A stretch of DNA of 64,000 bases from Thermoplasmatales archaeon (GTDB lineage Archaea > Thermoplasmatota > Thermoplasmata > Thermoplasmatales > Thermoplasmataceae). The position numbers and the translations under genes are program-made. Shown here piece by piece: positions 21,548 to 32,309 of this stretch (the first letter of the stretch is position 1; the number at the start of each line of letters is the position of its first letter). The notes under the pieces were generated by a model. The model was not told the DNA's origin. It did not search any database and was given only the letters and a program-made list of their open reading frames with translations. The DNA lies in NCBI GenBank assembly GCA_027310185.1, contig DAIDBH010000018.1, positions 192,001 through 256,000 of the forward strand. The letters are read 5' to 3'.

Positions 21548-22603
21548 ATGCCTGAAGTGAGAAGATACCTTCTTCTCGAGGATGGCTCGTCCTTTGAGGG
21601 GAAGGCATTTGGTTCATGTGACAGTTCAACTGGTGAACTTGTCTTCAATACATCCTTCACAGGATATTATGAAATAATGACTGATCCATCATATGGGGGT
21701 CAGATTATAGTGTTCAACTTCCCCTCAATGTTCTATTATGACTATATGAAGGACATAGCCCAGAGTGACAGGATAAGTGCAAGCGGGATAGTGGTCAAGG
21801 ATGGAATCATACCTGGAAATAGTAGTTTCAAAAATCTGGACGATCTGCTAAAATTGAAGCATGTTCCAGGAATATACGGTATTGATACGAGAAAGTTAAC
21901 CCAAAAAATAAGGGATTCGGGAAACCTTAAAGGTTTCATTACTTCCACAGATAGGATGCCGGATCATTTCCCGGAAATGGACACAGAAGAACTGATAAGA
22001 AAATTCTCAACAAAGGAATCCTACATCATCAATGGAGAAGGACAGAAGAAAATTCTCTTTGTTGACATGGGCACGAAGTCGTCTCTTCTGAGGGAAGTTT
22101 CAAAGCTCGGGAATCTTGAAATCGTTAACATATTCAATCTGCCTGAGACGTATGAGGATTATGATGGAATCTTTCTGTCAAACGGGCCTGGCGATCCTGG
22201 AAACGCAGTATTCAGGCAATTGAAAAAGGAACTGAAAAATGTCATAGGAACAGTGCCCGTTTTCGGTGTATGTCTGGGACATCAGATTATAGGCGAAGTC
22301 ATTGGAGGAAAGATTGAAAAGATGAAGTTCGGTCACCATGGTTCAAATCACTCTGTTGGGAATGGACAAAGGTCATTCATCACATCACATAACCACAATT
22401 TCAGGATAGCAGAGGATTCACTTAATATCAGTGGTGTAGAAATAATGTACAGGGACATGAACGATGGTACACCAGAAATGATTGGAATGGAGGAGAAAAT
22501 GCTGCTGAGTGCACAGTTTCACCCGGAAGGCTCACCCGGACCTAGGGACAGCACCGGGTTTTTTGATATAATGAGGAGTGTAATGGATGGAATCAGAAAC
22601 TAG
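21548..22603 (+). CDS. carA: Carbamoyl-phosphate synthase small subunit
   Basis: GELVFNT, TDPSY.GQI, GIDTRKLT, SNGPGDP, GVCLGHQ and QFHPE motifs. Confidence 0.96.
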   Translation: MPEVRRYLLLEDGSSFEGKAFGSCDSSTGELVFNTSFTGYYEIMTDPSYGGQIIVFNFPSMFYYDYMKDIAQSDRISASGIVVKDGIIPGNSSFKNLDDLLKLKHVPGIYGIDTRKLTQKIRDSGNLKGFITSTDRMPDHFPEMDTEELIRKFSTKESYIINGEGQKKILFVDMGTKSSLLREVSKLGNLEIVNIFNLPETYEDYDGIFLSNGPGDPGNAVFRQLKKELKNVIGTVPVFGVCLGHQIIGEVIGGKIEKMKFGHHGSNHSVGNGQRSFITSHNHNFRIAEDSLNISGVEIMYRDMNDGTPEMIGMEEKMLLSAQFHPEGSPGPRDSTGFFDIMRSVMDGIRN

Positions 22604-25583
22604 GGAAGAGGATATGCGGGTCCTGGTGATCGGTTCGGGACCTGTGGTCATAGGGCAGTCTGCTGAATTTGATTATGCAGGAACCCAGGCCTGCAGGATA
22701 TTGAGGGAAAGAAATATTTACACAATCCTCCTCAATTCAAATCCGGCAACAATCCAAACAGATAACTACAATGCAGATAAGGTATACATTGAACCCATAA
22801 ACAGGGAAAATGCAGAGCGTATAATTGAAACAGAAGGAGTAACGCACATAATTGGATCAATGGGGGGGCAAACCGCGCTGAATCTTGTAATGGAGCTGCA
22901 TAACAATGGTTTCCTGAAAGAAAAAAATGTGAAAATCCTTGGAACTCAACCTGAATCCATAAGAATCGCAGAAGACAGGGAGGTATTTCATTCTGTAATG
23001 GAAAAAAACGGCATAGCAATACCTTGGTCTATTTCTCTAAAAAGAAGTGATTATGGAAAAATAGCCGCAGAAATTGATTTCTTTCCAGTCATCCTCAGGA
23101 CCTCTTTTTCGCTGGGCGGGTTATCAGGCAAGATAATTAAGGACAGATCAGAACTGGTCCAGGTCCTGGAGGAAATATTTTCAGATTCAGCCCAGGAATC
23201 CGTGGACATTGAGAAGTCCCTGCTGGGCCTTATTGAAATGGAATACGAGGTTATCAGGGACAATTCAGGGAACAGTATAATGATATGCAACATGGAAAAT
23301 ATTGATCCAATGGGAGTACATACGGGAGAAAGTATTGTGGTAACACCATCCCTGACGATTCCAGATAATATTCACCAGAGGATGAGGAAGACAGCATTGA
23401 ATATAGCGGACATAGTCGGAATTGTTGGTGCCTGCAATGTTCAATTTGCAGTTGACATGGAAAGTGGAAATTTCTTTGTTGTGGAAATAAACCCGCGTAC
23501 TTCCAGATCTTCCGCCCTTGCTTCCAAGGCGAGTGGTTATCCAATTGCAAAGGTTGCAACCATGGTAATTCTGGGAGATTCTTTGGTTTCAATTTCAAAT
23601 CCCATAACTGAAAATACCTCTGCTTCCTTTGAGCCATCGATGGATTATGTAATAGTTAAAATTCCCATATGGCCTGTTGGAAAATTCACTGATTCAGGTT
23701 CCATAGGAATATCCATGAAATCTACGGGAGAAGCCATGGGTATAGGAAGATCCTTCGAGGAGGCTTTTCTCAAGGCTGTAGCAGCTACAGAAATTGATTT
23801 CAGCAGATATTTCTCAGAAGTAGATGAGGATGAAATCCTGAATAATTTAAAACAGGCAAACTGGAAGAGGCTTGGATATGTAATATCTGCATTGAATCAG
23901 GAGATGGATCTCAATCTGATAGCGACAATGACAGGCTGGCAGATAGAAATAGTCCAAAGGTTATCTAATATGTTCAAATTTCTCGGAAAGTCTGTAGTTA
24001 ATCTTGAAGAATACCTGCCGGAACTGAAAAGATATGGATATCCTGACAGAATAATTTCATGGAAAACTGGAATAAACGAGTCTGAAATCCTCTTAATGAG
24101 GAAGAAAGCTGGTCTCTTTCCAAGTTTCAGGATGATAGATTCATCTTCCTCCGAATTCAGTTCAAGGACGAAATACCTGTATTCAACGTATTATGAGGAT
24201 GATGAGTGTGGTCCAAGGAGAAAAGATTCAGTATTGATTATTGGCTCTGGCCCAAACAGGATTGGACAGGGTCTTGAATTTGATTACAGTTCTGTAAAGG
24301 CTATACAGGCACTGAAGAAATTTGGCTATAGATCACTCATGATAAATTCAAACCCTGAAACCGTATCCACCGATTTTAACACATCAGATGAACTCTATTT
24401 TGATCCCCTCACACTGGAATATGTAAGTGGAATAATTGAAAAAAGAAGGCCAGCTGGAATAATCATACAGTTCTCCGGGCAGACCGGGCAGAACATGGCA
24501 TACGAAATTGGGAAGATATACGGTGAGGATATAATTATGGGAACAAAACCCTCATCCATAGCAAGAATTGAGAATAGGTCAACATTTTCCAGGGACCTTG
24601 ATCATCTGGGTATAGCTCAGGCTAAATGGCATGAGGCGTTCAGCGGTGAAGAAATAAGAGAAAAATCAGAATTATTGCAGAATAAGGTAATAATAAGAGG
24701 CAGCTTCATAATAGGGGGATCTTCCATGTTTGTGAGCAGGTCCCCTGGGGATATTGAAACCTTCATAAATAAACTGAAAAGTAGTACTGTAAAATTTCCA
24801 TTACTGATTTCTGAGTTGCTTGAAGGAGCAACAGAATATGATCTGGATTTCATAAGCAGTAGTAAGCAGCTTATGATTGCAGGCATATTGAAACAGATTG
24901 AACCCGCCGGAATTCACTCCGGGGACTCTATGGCAATTTGCGGTCCGGACATACCGGATAAGGAACTTGAAACGAGGATGAAGGTTATTGCTGAGAAGTT
25001 TCTTGATTTTTACTCCATTAGTGGATTCACAAATATACAGTTCATGGAAAAGGATGGTCTGCTCTATGTCATTGAGCTGAATGCACGGGCAAGCAGAACT
25101 GTTCCATTTATAAGTAAATGGTCAGGAGTAAACTGGGTTGAAAATGGGATCGCAATGATCCTTGGTCGGAGCAATACCACTATTGACATAGATGTGAAGG
25201 ATTATGCAGCAAAGATACCAGTATTCCCCTTTAACAGGTTTCACGAAAGCGACTATATGCTTTCTGCCGAAATGAGATCTACCGGGGAGGCAATGGTAAG
25301 GGCACCAACTATTGACATTCTGAAGGACAGGATTAAATCATTTCTAAGGATTAAGTCTGAAGAATACATATTTTATGACCGCCAGAGGATCACGCTTATT
25401 GATGGTGGTGAAATAAAGGAATTGACGGAGGAAGAAGCTACTGGTATTATAAACTCTTCAGGTAATATAAATGTGATCTGCAGTACAGAAAGTCATTTAA
25501 GGAAGGAGATTTCACACATTGCAGATCTTAAAAAGATACCATTGATAAATAACCAGTACATCTGGGAATTCATCTTAAAATAA
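22587..25583 (+). CDS. carB: Carbamoyl-phosphate synthase large subunit
   Basis: GSGPVVIGQSAEFDYAG, NSNPATIQTD, GVHTGES, EINPRTSRSS and the second-half GSGPNRIGQGLEFDY; C-terminal MGS domain appears eroded. Confidence 0.95.
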   Translation: MESETREEDMRVLVIGSGPVVIGQSAEFDYAGTQACRILRERNIYTILLNSNPATIQTDNYNADKVYIEPINRENAERIIETEGVTHIIGSMGGQTALNLVMELHNNGFLKEKNVKILGTQPESIRIAEDREVFHSVMEKNGIAIPWSISLKRSDYGKIAAEIDFFPVILRTSFSLGGLSGKIIKDRSELVQVLEEIFSDSAQESVDIEKSLLGLIEMEYEVIRDNSGNSIMICNMENIDPMGVHTGESIVVTPSLTIPDNIHQRMRKTALNIADIVGIVGACNVQFAVDMESGNFFVVEINPRTSRSSALASKASGYPIAKVATMVILGDSLVSISNPITENTSASFEPSMDYVIVKIPIWPVGKFTDSGSIGISMKSTGEAMGIGRSFEEAFLKAVAATEIDFSRYFSEVDEDEILNNLKQANWKRLGYVISALNQEMDLNLIATMTGWQIEIVQRLSNMFKFLGKSVVNLEEYLPELKRYGYPDRIISWKTGINESEILLMRKKAGLFPSFRMIDSSSSEFSSRTKYLYSTYYEDDECGPRRKDSVLIIGSGPNRIGQGLEFDYSSVKAIQALKKFGYRSLMINSNPETVSTDFNTSDELYFDPLTLEYVSGIIEKRRPAGIIIQFSGQTGQNMAYEIGKIYGEDIIMGTKPSSIARIENRSTFSRDLDHLGIAQAKWHEAFSGEEIREKSELLQNKVIIRGSFIIGGSSMFVSRSPGDIETFINKLKSSTVKFPLLISELLEGATEYDLDFISSSKQLMIAGILKQIEPAGIHSGDSMAICGPDIPDKELETRMKVIAEKFLDFYSISGFTNIQFMEKDGLLYVIELNARASRTVPFISKWSGVNWVENGIAMILGRSNTTIDIDVKDYAAKIPVFPFNRFHESDYMLSAEMRSTGEAMVRAPTIDILKDRIKSFLRIKSEEYIFYDRQRITLIDGGEIKELTEEEATGIINSSGNINVICSTESHLRKEISHIADLKKIPLINNQYIWEFILK

Positions 25584-25602
25584 TGATAAAACATTTCAAT
25601 TT

Positions 25603-27048
25603 TCAGAGAGGTGAAGTTGGAAATCTCTTCTTTGTGTTCTCTATCTCCTTCACAACCCTCTCCTTGAACGCATCAAAGTCCTTTGGAGTTTTAGGGTAGT
25701 TTTCATATATCTTGTTCATTTCATTCATCTTCCTGACTGTATAAACAAGATTTGAGAATGCGTTCATATTCTTCATTCCCTTTATTATCATCTTGGCTTT
25801 GCCGGCCAGAGAAAGCTCGGGGATCATTCCAACCGTAAGATCACTGGCTTCTTTCTTGGTTAAGAACGTTTTCATGCCGTAGTTCAGAATTTCATTGTTT
25901 ACAGATTGCAAATAAATCCTGAAAACCTCCATTCCGGCCATCTTCATTCCATATTTCTCATTGAAATCAAGATTATAGTTCCAGAGACCGGATACTGATA
26001 CATCTCCTTTTGATATGGACTGGGCTGCATTTCTGCCTGCAATAACACCCGCGATCAGTGCCGGTCCTATACCGCCTGCGCTGATTGGATTGGGCATGGT
26101 CATACTATCTCCAGCACCCATGTAACCATTGTAGACAAGGCTCTCCATCTGCCTTCTAACAGGAACTGACCATATACCTTTTCCATTACTGTCCGTGTCA
26201 TCAACCCTGAGGTTTTTGAAATTTGGAAGCCACTTTACATAGTTGTCAATAAGGGTCTGTAAATTGTCATTTCTTCCCATTTTCTTGTTTCTTATATCAA
26301 GGGCCTTTTTCTGAACTCCCAGTCCGATGTTCACCTTGCCGTTTGACTTCGGGAATACCCAGCCATATCCGCCTGGAGCAAGTTCATTATTAAGATGTAT
26401 CAGGGCATACCTGCTATCATAATAATTTGAATCCTCTTTTTCAAGTTCAAAATTATATATATATCTCCCTGTGCTCTCTATATCATCTATGTCAACCATT
26501 CTGTCAACAAAATTATTTTCAGGTAACTTTCTTCTCAAAACTGTTGATACACCCAGGGAATCGATAACTATCTTTGACCTGTATTCAACATTCTTTCCGT
26601 CCTGATCCCTGCCAGTTATTCCCTTAATGAAACCATCCTCAACTATAGGCCCTGTGACCTCGAATTTAGATATGTAATCAATTTTCTCACCCCTTGCAAT
26701 TGAAAGAAGCTTCCTTTCAAATACTGGTCTGTTCAGTGAAAATCCCTTTCCATCAAATGGATATCTGGAGTTAAGGTCGGGGGACAGAGCCATAACACCG
26801 TCCACCGGCAGGTCAAGTTCAGGGCTTGAAAACTTTACGCCAAGGTTTTCCTGGATATAATCTATATGGGATGCTGCAACCGCGTCACCGCAGGTCCATC
26901 CCCAGTTTGTTTTTCTTCCTACATTTTTCTCTTCGTTTCTGTCAACAAGTAGAACCGATATTCCGCCCCTTGCAGCCATTGTTGCGGCCAGAGTTCCAGC
27001 CAGACCCGCTCCAGCTACAATTAAATCATAATCGTTTTTAACCGACAT
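25603..27048 (-). CDS. Geranylgeranyl reductase family FAD-dependent oxidoreductase
   Basis: GAGLAG, TCGDA, APGGYGWVFPK and GD....NPISAGGI motifs. Confidence 0.85.
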   Translation of the reverse strand: MSVKNDYDLIVAGAGLAGTLAATMAARGGISVLLVDRNEEKNVGRKTNWGWTCGDAVAASHIDYIQENLGVKFSSPELDLPVDGVMALSPDLNSRYPFDGKGFSLNRPVFERKLLSIARGEKIDYISKFEVTGPIVEDGFIKGITGRDQDGKNVEYRSKIVIDSLGVSTVLRRKLPENNFVDRMVDIDDIESTGRYIYNFELEKEDSNYYDSRYALIHLNNELAPGGYGWVFPKSNGKVNIGLGVQKKALDIRNKKMGRNDNLQTLIDNYVKWLPNFKNLRVDDTDSNGKGIWSVPVRRQMESLVYNGYMGAGDSMTMPNPISAGGIGPALIAGVIAGRNAAQSISKGDVSVSGLWNYNLDFNEKYGMKMAGMEVFRIYLQSVNNEILNYGMKTFLTKKEASDLTVGMIPELSLAGKAKMIIKGMKNMNAFSNLVYTVRKMNEMNKIYENYPKTPKDFDAFKERVVKEIENTKKRFPTSPL

Positions 27049-27307
27049 ACTAATTCCTTTTGAACTGTATATTTGATAACTTTTAAATATTTTTTAATTC
27101 GATCAGTTACATATATTTTAAGAAGTGAAGTAATCATGGAATGATGATTCCTGAAATTTATAATAAACAATCATCTTCTGTTCAACGATTGGAACTAAAT
27201 ATGGATCATATGTACATATGGAATCAATCAAGGTAGAGTATGATGAAATGTAGTATTGTAGACAACCAAAGGTTAATGGCTTTTTAAATCGAGTGAAAAA
27301 ACCCAAA

Positions 27308-27998
27308 TCAATGGAAAGGGTTCTCCCCGAGTCTGTTCATGCCTTCGAAGAAAATATCTCCTCCTTTCATTGAGAATCTTGGAAATATCATACCCACACC
27401 TGTTGATACAGCTTCAAAAAATGCCTCTGCAAATAGGGGGTCTGTCACTTTATTTGGATAGAAGAATTTTGTATTCTTACGAAACAGGAGAAAAATAAGA
27501 TTTGTATCTTTTCCTTCCTTCTTCATTTTTGTCAGATTCCGGATATGTTTTGCACCTCTCATTGTTGGCGCATCGGGAAAAATTACATATTCATTCAATT
27601 GCATGGAGCAACCCTTCACTTCAACATATCCATTTTCTATGGCGAAGTCATATCTCGAATCACCATGTGTCACCTCCCTGCGGAAATTTCCATTAATAAA
27701 AAACTCTGCGATCCCATTATGAAATCTTGTGTCAAGCAATATTTCCTCACCATCCAGAACTGCAGATGTAATGGAAAATGATGTCTTTGCTCCTTTAGTT
27801 TTCCTGATATTCACAGTAGAACCTGGAAAAATCAGCTCTTTGAGTCTCCCAGGATCATGGAGATGAACATCCAAAATTCTGCCTGAAGACTCCCACTTCC
27901 ACCAGAAAGCGGTTTTTTCTTTCTATTACCGTGGCTTCAATAAGTTCTGAACCAAGTTCCATCACCCTATCTCCAATTCTTATCTTTCTTAGTTCCAC
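27308..27998 (-). pseudogene. sfsA: SfsA DNA/RNA nuclease (sugar fermentation stimulation protein), split by a +1 frameshift near 27893
   Basis: The upstream frame gives ...IEATVIERKNRFLVEV and the downstream frame gives ESSGRILDVHLHDPGRL...SRYDF...VEVKGC...FPDAPT.RG.KH. Removing one G from GTG GGA GTC joins them. Confidence 0.8.
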
Positions 27999-28153
27999 TC
28001 TGCAGGATGATAAAAGTTATTAATAGGATTATGCTGAAAAAGTATGATAGGGCAACTCACTGTTAAATCTGGATTTTGAAATTTAGCAAAATAAGAACTG
28101 CATATGGGTTACCCATCCATAGTATTTTTAATCTCGTCCTTATTAACTAAGTC

Positions 28154-28999
28154 ATGGAAAGTGTCCAGTCAATCATGACGCCGGATCCGGTAATATTCTC
28201 ACTCCCTTCAACAGTGGCACAGGCTGTTTCTGTGTTGATAAAGAATAACATAACGGGAATGCCAGTCGTTAATTCCAGCGGAAAATATGTTGGAATAATA
28301 TCAAGAAGAGATGTATTCGCCAATCCTGAAGAAACACAGGCAACGAGGATTACAAGAAGCGAACCATCCATAAGGGATGACACAGAAATAAGGGAGGCAG
28401 CCATATTGATGGTAAAGGAAAAGAGAAGGCATGCCGCAATAGTGAACAGTAGGGACGAAGTGATCGGGATACTTACGCCGCAGGATTTCTTGAAAACCAT
28501 TGAAAAAACATATGGAAATATTCTGGTGAAGGAAGTAATGAAAAGTCTTGCCTTTCCCATATGGGAAAAAACTCCTCTTCCGGTTGTATACAGATCTATG
28601 AAACTTACAGGTATATTCACATATCCAGTAACAGATTCACATGGGAATTTCAAGGGCTTGATCACCGACAGGGACCTTTTTGACAAAATTGATGTTAGCA
28701 CAGTAAGGGTGGATGATGTGGAAACAGTATCAGACGATGATCCATGGTCATGGGATTCAGTGAGAAATGTAGTCTCTTACTTCATTGAGAAGAATCATTT
28801 GAAAATACCGGAAGATCCGGCAGAATCCATAGCAATAGGGAAACCGGTAGTCGCGAATTTAAATGAGAGGCTCGCTCTCGTCGCAAGAAAGATGAGGGAC
28901 GGTAATTTCAACCAGCTTCCTGTCACATCCAGCGTTAACGGTCTTGAAGGAATCCTGACTGATCTTGATATCCTGGCGGTATTCCTGAAAGAAAAATAA
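28154..28999 (+). CDS. CBS domain protein (4 CBS repeats)
   Basis: Repeated hPVv....G.h..D motifs (MPVVN..VGIISRRD, YPVTD..KGLITDRD, LPVT..GILTDLD). Confidence 0.9.
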   Translation: MESVQSIMTPDPVIFSLPSTVAQAVSVLIKNNITGMPVVNSSGKYVGIISRRDVFANPEETQATRITRSEPSIRDDTEIREAAILMVKEKRRHAAIVNSRDEVIGILTPQDFLKTIEKTYGNILVKEVMKSLAFPIWEKTPLPVVYRSMKLTGIFTYPVTDSHGNFKGLITDRDLFDKIDVSTVRVDDVETVSDDDPWSWDSVRNVVSYFIEKNHLKIPEDPAESIAIGKPVVANLNERLALVARKMRDGNFNQLPVTSSVNGLEGILTDLDILAVFLKEK

Positions 29000-29029
29000 T
29001 AATCAAATAGGAGTCGGAAATAGGGAAGA

Positions 29030-30502
29030 GTGAACGGAGTGGACGAACTGGAAGTAATGATTGAATTATCCAAAAGGAGGGGTTTCTTCTGGCCATCATT
29101 TTCTATTTATGGTGGCTCTGCAGGGTTGAACGATTATGGCCCACTTGGCTCAATTCTTAAGACAAGGATATATCAGGAATGGAAAAATGAGTTCACAAGA
29201 ATAGGTGCAATTGAGATAGACACACCAAACCTCACCCCGGAAGTAGTTCTGAAAGCTTCCGGGCATGTGGACAAATTCATCGATATGGCAATTACATGTT
29301 CAAAATGTAAAACAAGATACAAGCTTGAAAATGTTATAGAGAGCTATGGTGGTTCCAAAATACCAGAGACACTGGAAGAGGCAAAATTAATTGTGTCAAG
29401 TGGCAACTTCAAATGCCAGAAATGTGGTAATATCTTAACTGATCCATATGAATTTCACCTGATGTTTGAAACAAGATCTGGTGGTGAAATAATGTATCTG
29501 AGACCTGAAACAGCCCAGGGGATATTTGTCAATTTCAAGCTACTTCTCAATTACAACAGGGGAAAACTTCCCATGATCGTAATACAGCAGGGAAAAGGAT
29601 TCAGAAATGAAATTTCACCAAGGCAGGGAATAATAAGGCAGAAAGAATTCAACATGGCCGAGGCAGAAGTATTCCTTGAAGCTGACCGGGAAGCCAATTT
29701 CATACCTCGCGGTGATTGCGAGGTTACACTTCATGACATGTATTCAAAAGAGCACAGGATCAATCTATCCAATGCAGTAAATTCCCATATTATAGGTTCT
29801 AATGATCATGCATTCTTCATGGAAACTGTTTACAGACTGGCTATTAAGATAGGGATATCTCCAGAAAGGCTGAGATTCAGGCAACATCGGAAAGATGAAC
29901 TTGCACATTACTCAAAGGAATGCTGGGATTTAGAGGCCAGGATAAATGACTCATGGCTTGAAATAGCCGGTATAGCCGATAGGGGCACTTATGATCTTTC
30001 AAGACATATCAGGGAATCCGGTGAAAATCTGTTTTACGAAGCAGAAAAAATAGCAAGGGTACTTGAGCCATCAATAGGACTGGACAGGATGATAGCGGCA
30101 TCAATAATATCAAATATGAAGAAGAGGGAAAATGAATATTCATATCTCACCTTTCCTTCAGAAATAGCACCGTACAGGGTAGCAATCCTTCCATTGCAGA
30201 AAAAGGACGGATTGCTGGAAAAGGCAAGAGAAATATTTGCGAAACTCCAGGAAATTGAGCCATATTCAGTGTTTGATGAATCAGGAGCAATAGGAAGAAG
30301 ATATGCCAGACAGGACGAAATAGGAACACCTTTCTGTATAACAGTGGACTATGATACACTGGAAAGGGATGTGGTAACAATAAGGGAGAGGAATTCGACC
30401 AAGCAGATAAAGGAAGTAAAAGTCGACTCTATCACAGATTTTCCAGTATTCCTGAGGAATCCCATCCTTGATGAATTTAAAAAAATGAATTCTGTTCAAT
30501 GA
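29030..30502 (+). CDS. glyS: Glycine--tRNA ligase (eukaryote/archaeal type)
   Basis: ASGHVDKF, LRPETAQG, FRNEISPRQG, AHYS..CWD, EPSIG.DR and GRRYARQDEIGTP motifs. Confidence 0.96.
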   Translation: MNGVDELEVMIELSKRRGFFWPSFSIYGGSAGLNDYGPLGSILKTRIYQEWKNEFTRIGAIEIDTPNLTPEVVLKASGHVDKFIDMAITCSKCKTRYKLENVIESYGGSKIPETLEEAKLIVSSGNFKCQKCGNILTDPYEFHLMFETRSGGEIMYLRPETAQGIFVNFKLLLNYNRGKLPMIVIQQGKGFRNEISPRQGIIRQKEFNMAEAEVFLEADREANFIPRGDCEVTLHDMYSKEHRINLSNAVNSHIIGSNDHAFFMETVYRLAIKIGISPERLRFRQHRKDELAHYSKECWDLEARINDSWLEIAGIADRGTYDLSRHIRESGENLFYEAEKIARVLEPSIGLDRMIAASIISNMKKRENEYSYLTFPSEIAPYRVAILPLQKKDGLLEKAREIFAKLQEIEPYSVFDESGAIGRRYARQDEIGTPFCITVDYDTLERDVVTIRERNSTKQIKEVKVDSITDFPVFLRNPILDEFKKMNSVQ

Positions 30503-30677
30503 AATTATACTATTTCACATCAGAATCTAAAATGAGTACTTCTGATTGAATCTCCTTACTTTGAAGAACAATTATGTATTCTGCGATTCTGCTCCCATAA
30601 CCGTTATCAAATCGAAAGGAACTCTTGCAGCCGGGAAACCTAAGGACATTAACAAATATATTAATAATAAATTAATT

Positions 30678-31361
30678 ATGCACCTTCAAGTGACTGTTAA
30701 CTGTAATATATCCATAGTGATCCCAACAATGAACGAAGGTAGAACAATTGGCAAGGTCATTGACGATCTCCAGTATCTCAGGCCATTGGAGATTATCGTC
30801 GTGGACACAAATTCCACTGATAAAACTAGGGAAATTGCCTCAGAAAAGGGGGCAAAAGTCATAGAAGAACCAAGAAAAGGATACGGTAGGGCATATAAAA
30901 CTGGGATCGAGGAGGCAAAAGGGGAAATTATTGTCTGTCTGGATGGCGATGGCACCTATCCTGCTGAAGCGGTAGGTCCCTTAATAGAATTACTTTTCAT
31001 TGACAGGGTCGATTTCATCTCGTGTGACAGGATGACGTTGAGAACGACTTATTCATACACTACATTACATCTAATAGGAAACAAGATTCTAAACAAAACC
31101 CTTGCAATTCTCTATGGCTTCAGGTTATATGATTCCCAGAGTGGCATGTGGATATTCAGGAAGGACTTATACGCCAGGATGAAGAATCTAAGTGATGGAA
31201 TGTCCTATTCCCAGGATATAAAGATCGAGGCTATGAGGAATGGAAGATTGATCGAAGTGCCAATTGTTTATGGGGTTAGGATAACGAAGCCAAAGCTTAA
31301 CACATGGGAAGATGGCTTTCATAATCTCTTTGAACTTTTCGTGAAATACGTGAATAAGTAA
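30678..31361 (+). CDS. Glycosyltransferase family 2 (dolichol-phosphate hexosyltransferase-like)
   Basis: VIPTMNE, VVD.NSTD.T, GYG.AYKTG, DGDGTY and DSQSG motifs. Start refined to 30678. Confidence 0.88.
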   Translation: MHLQVTVNCNISIVIPTMNEGRTIGKVIDDLQYLRPLEIIVVDTNSTDKTREIASEKGAKVIEEPRKGYGRAYKTGIEEAKGEIIVCLDGDGTYPAEAVGPLIELLFIDRVDFISCDRMTLRTTYSYTTLHLIGNKILNKTLAILYGFRLYDSQSGMWIFRKDLYARMKNLSDGMSYSQDIKIEAMRNGRLIEVPIVYGVRITKPKLNTWEDGFHNLFELFVKYVNK

Positions 31362-31549
31362 TAATTGAAATGATTTTTCCCGTGAATAAGGAAAATCTGA
31401 ACAGGTATCCATGGATTTCATCACTCAGGTTATTTTCATAAGAATTACTTTTCTGCTCAAACTGCATGATTTCCTTCTAAAAGTGCAGTTATGAGAACAT
31501 ATTGAGATTTTTCCAAACTTTAAAATATAAAGTTTGTCTATATCTATTC

Positions 31550-32299
31550 ATGGAAAATAACCAGACCAAAGTTGGTGTCATATGCAATGAAGATGTACAC
31601 TTCACCAACCCTATCGTTATCGGTGGGTTCATTGGGCAGACTACACTGGGTGTAACAACAACAAGCTACATCATAGAGCAGTTTGGTTTACACGAAGTCG
31701 CAAAATTGAAATCACATCAAATAGCACCCGTTACGGTTTTCGTTGGAGGAAAGATGAGAAGTCCTTTCAGAATTTATTCCAATGATAAGGGTACTTTAAT
31801 GATCATTCAATGTGAGGTGCCTGTAGACATTGAGGGTTTGTATGAAATTACAGAAACACTGATGGACTGGATCAAGCCATTCAACCCGAAGGAGTTTGTG
31901 ATCATAGATGGAGTTCCCGTAGAGGACCTTCCAGAGGAAAGGGAGGCATATCTCGTAGCTGGTCTGGAGAGAATTGAAAGTTTAAAGAGTACTGGAATAG
32001 CCATTGCTGAAGCTGCTCTGATCGGTGGAATGGGTGGTGCCATTCTGAATGAAAGTATCCTTACAGGGCAGAATGCAATAGCACTTCTTACAAATGTATC
32101 AGTCGCAATACCCGATCACGATGCTGTGCTATCAGTGATTAAAGCACTGAATGCGATTTATAAACTAGGAATAAAAACAGCGGTGCTTGAGGAGAGCGTG
32201 AAGAAGATACACGAAGAAATATCAAAAGTAGCAAGTGAATATAAGGCAGCAACTGCTGAACAGGATTCAGTCTCTGGTCCAGATTCAATATACAGGTGA
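31550..32299 (+). CDS. PAC2-family proteasome assembly chaperone
   Basis: IGGF.G...G, P.RIY, ID.G, G..GA.L and PD..A motifs of the PAC2 family. Confidence 0.82.
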   Translation: MENNQTKVGVICNEDVHFTNPIVIGGFIGQTTLGVTTTSYIIEQFGLHEVAKLKSHQIAPVTVFVGGKMRSPFRIYSNDKGTLMIIQCEVPVDIEGLYEITETLMDWIKPFNPKEFVIIDGVPVEDLPEEREAYLVAGLERIESLKSTGIAIAEAALIGGMGGAILNESILTGQNAIALLTNVSVAIPDHDAVLSVIKALNAIYKLGIKTAVLEESVKKIHEEISKVASEYKAATAEQDSVSGPDSIYR

Positions 32300-32309
32300 A
32301 AATGCAGAA

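Noticed and set aside
27141-27260. C/D-box sRNA (two ATGATGA words)
   Set aside because: The first CTGA is only 3 nt after the C box and no properly spaced D box follows the second
31456-31495. Hairpin CTCA-AACTGCA...TGCAGTT-A-TGAG upstream of the PAC2 gene
   Set aside because: Single stem with a long loop and no other support for an ncRNA or riboswitch
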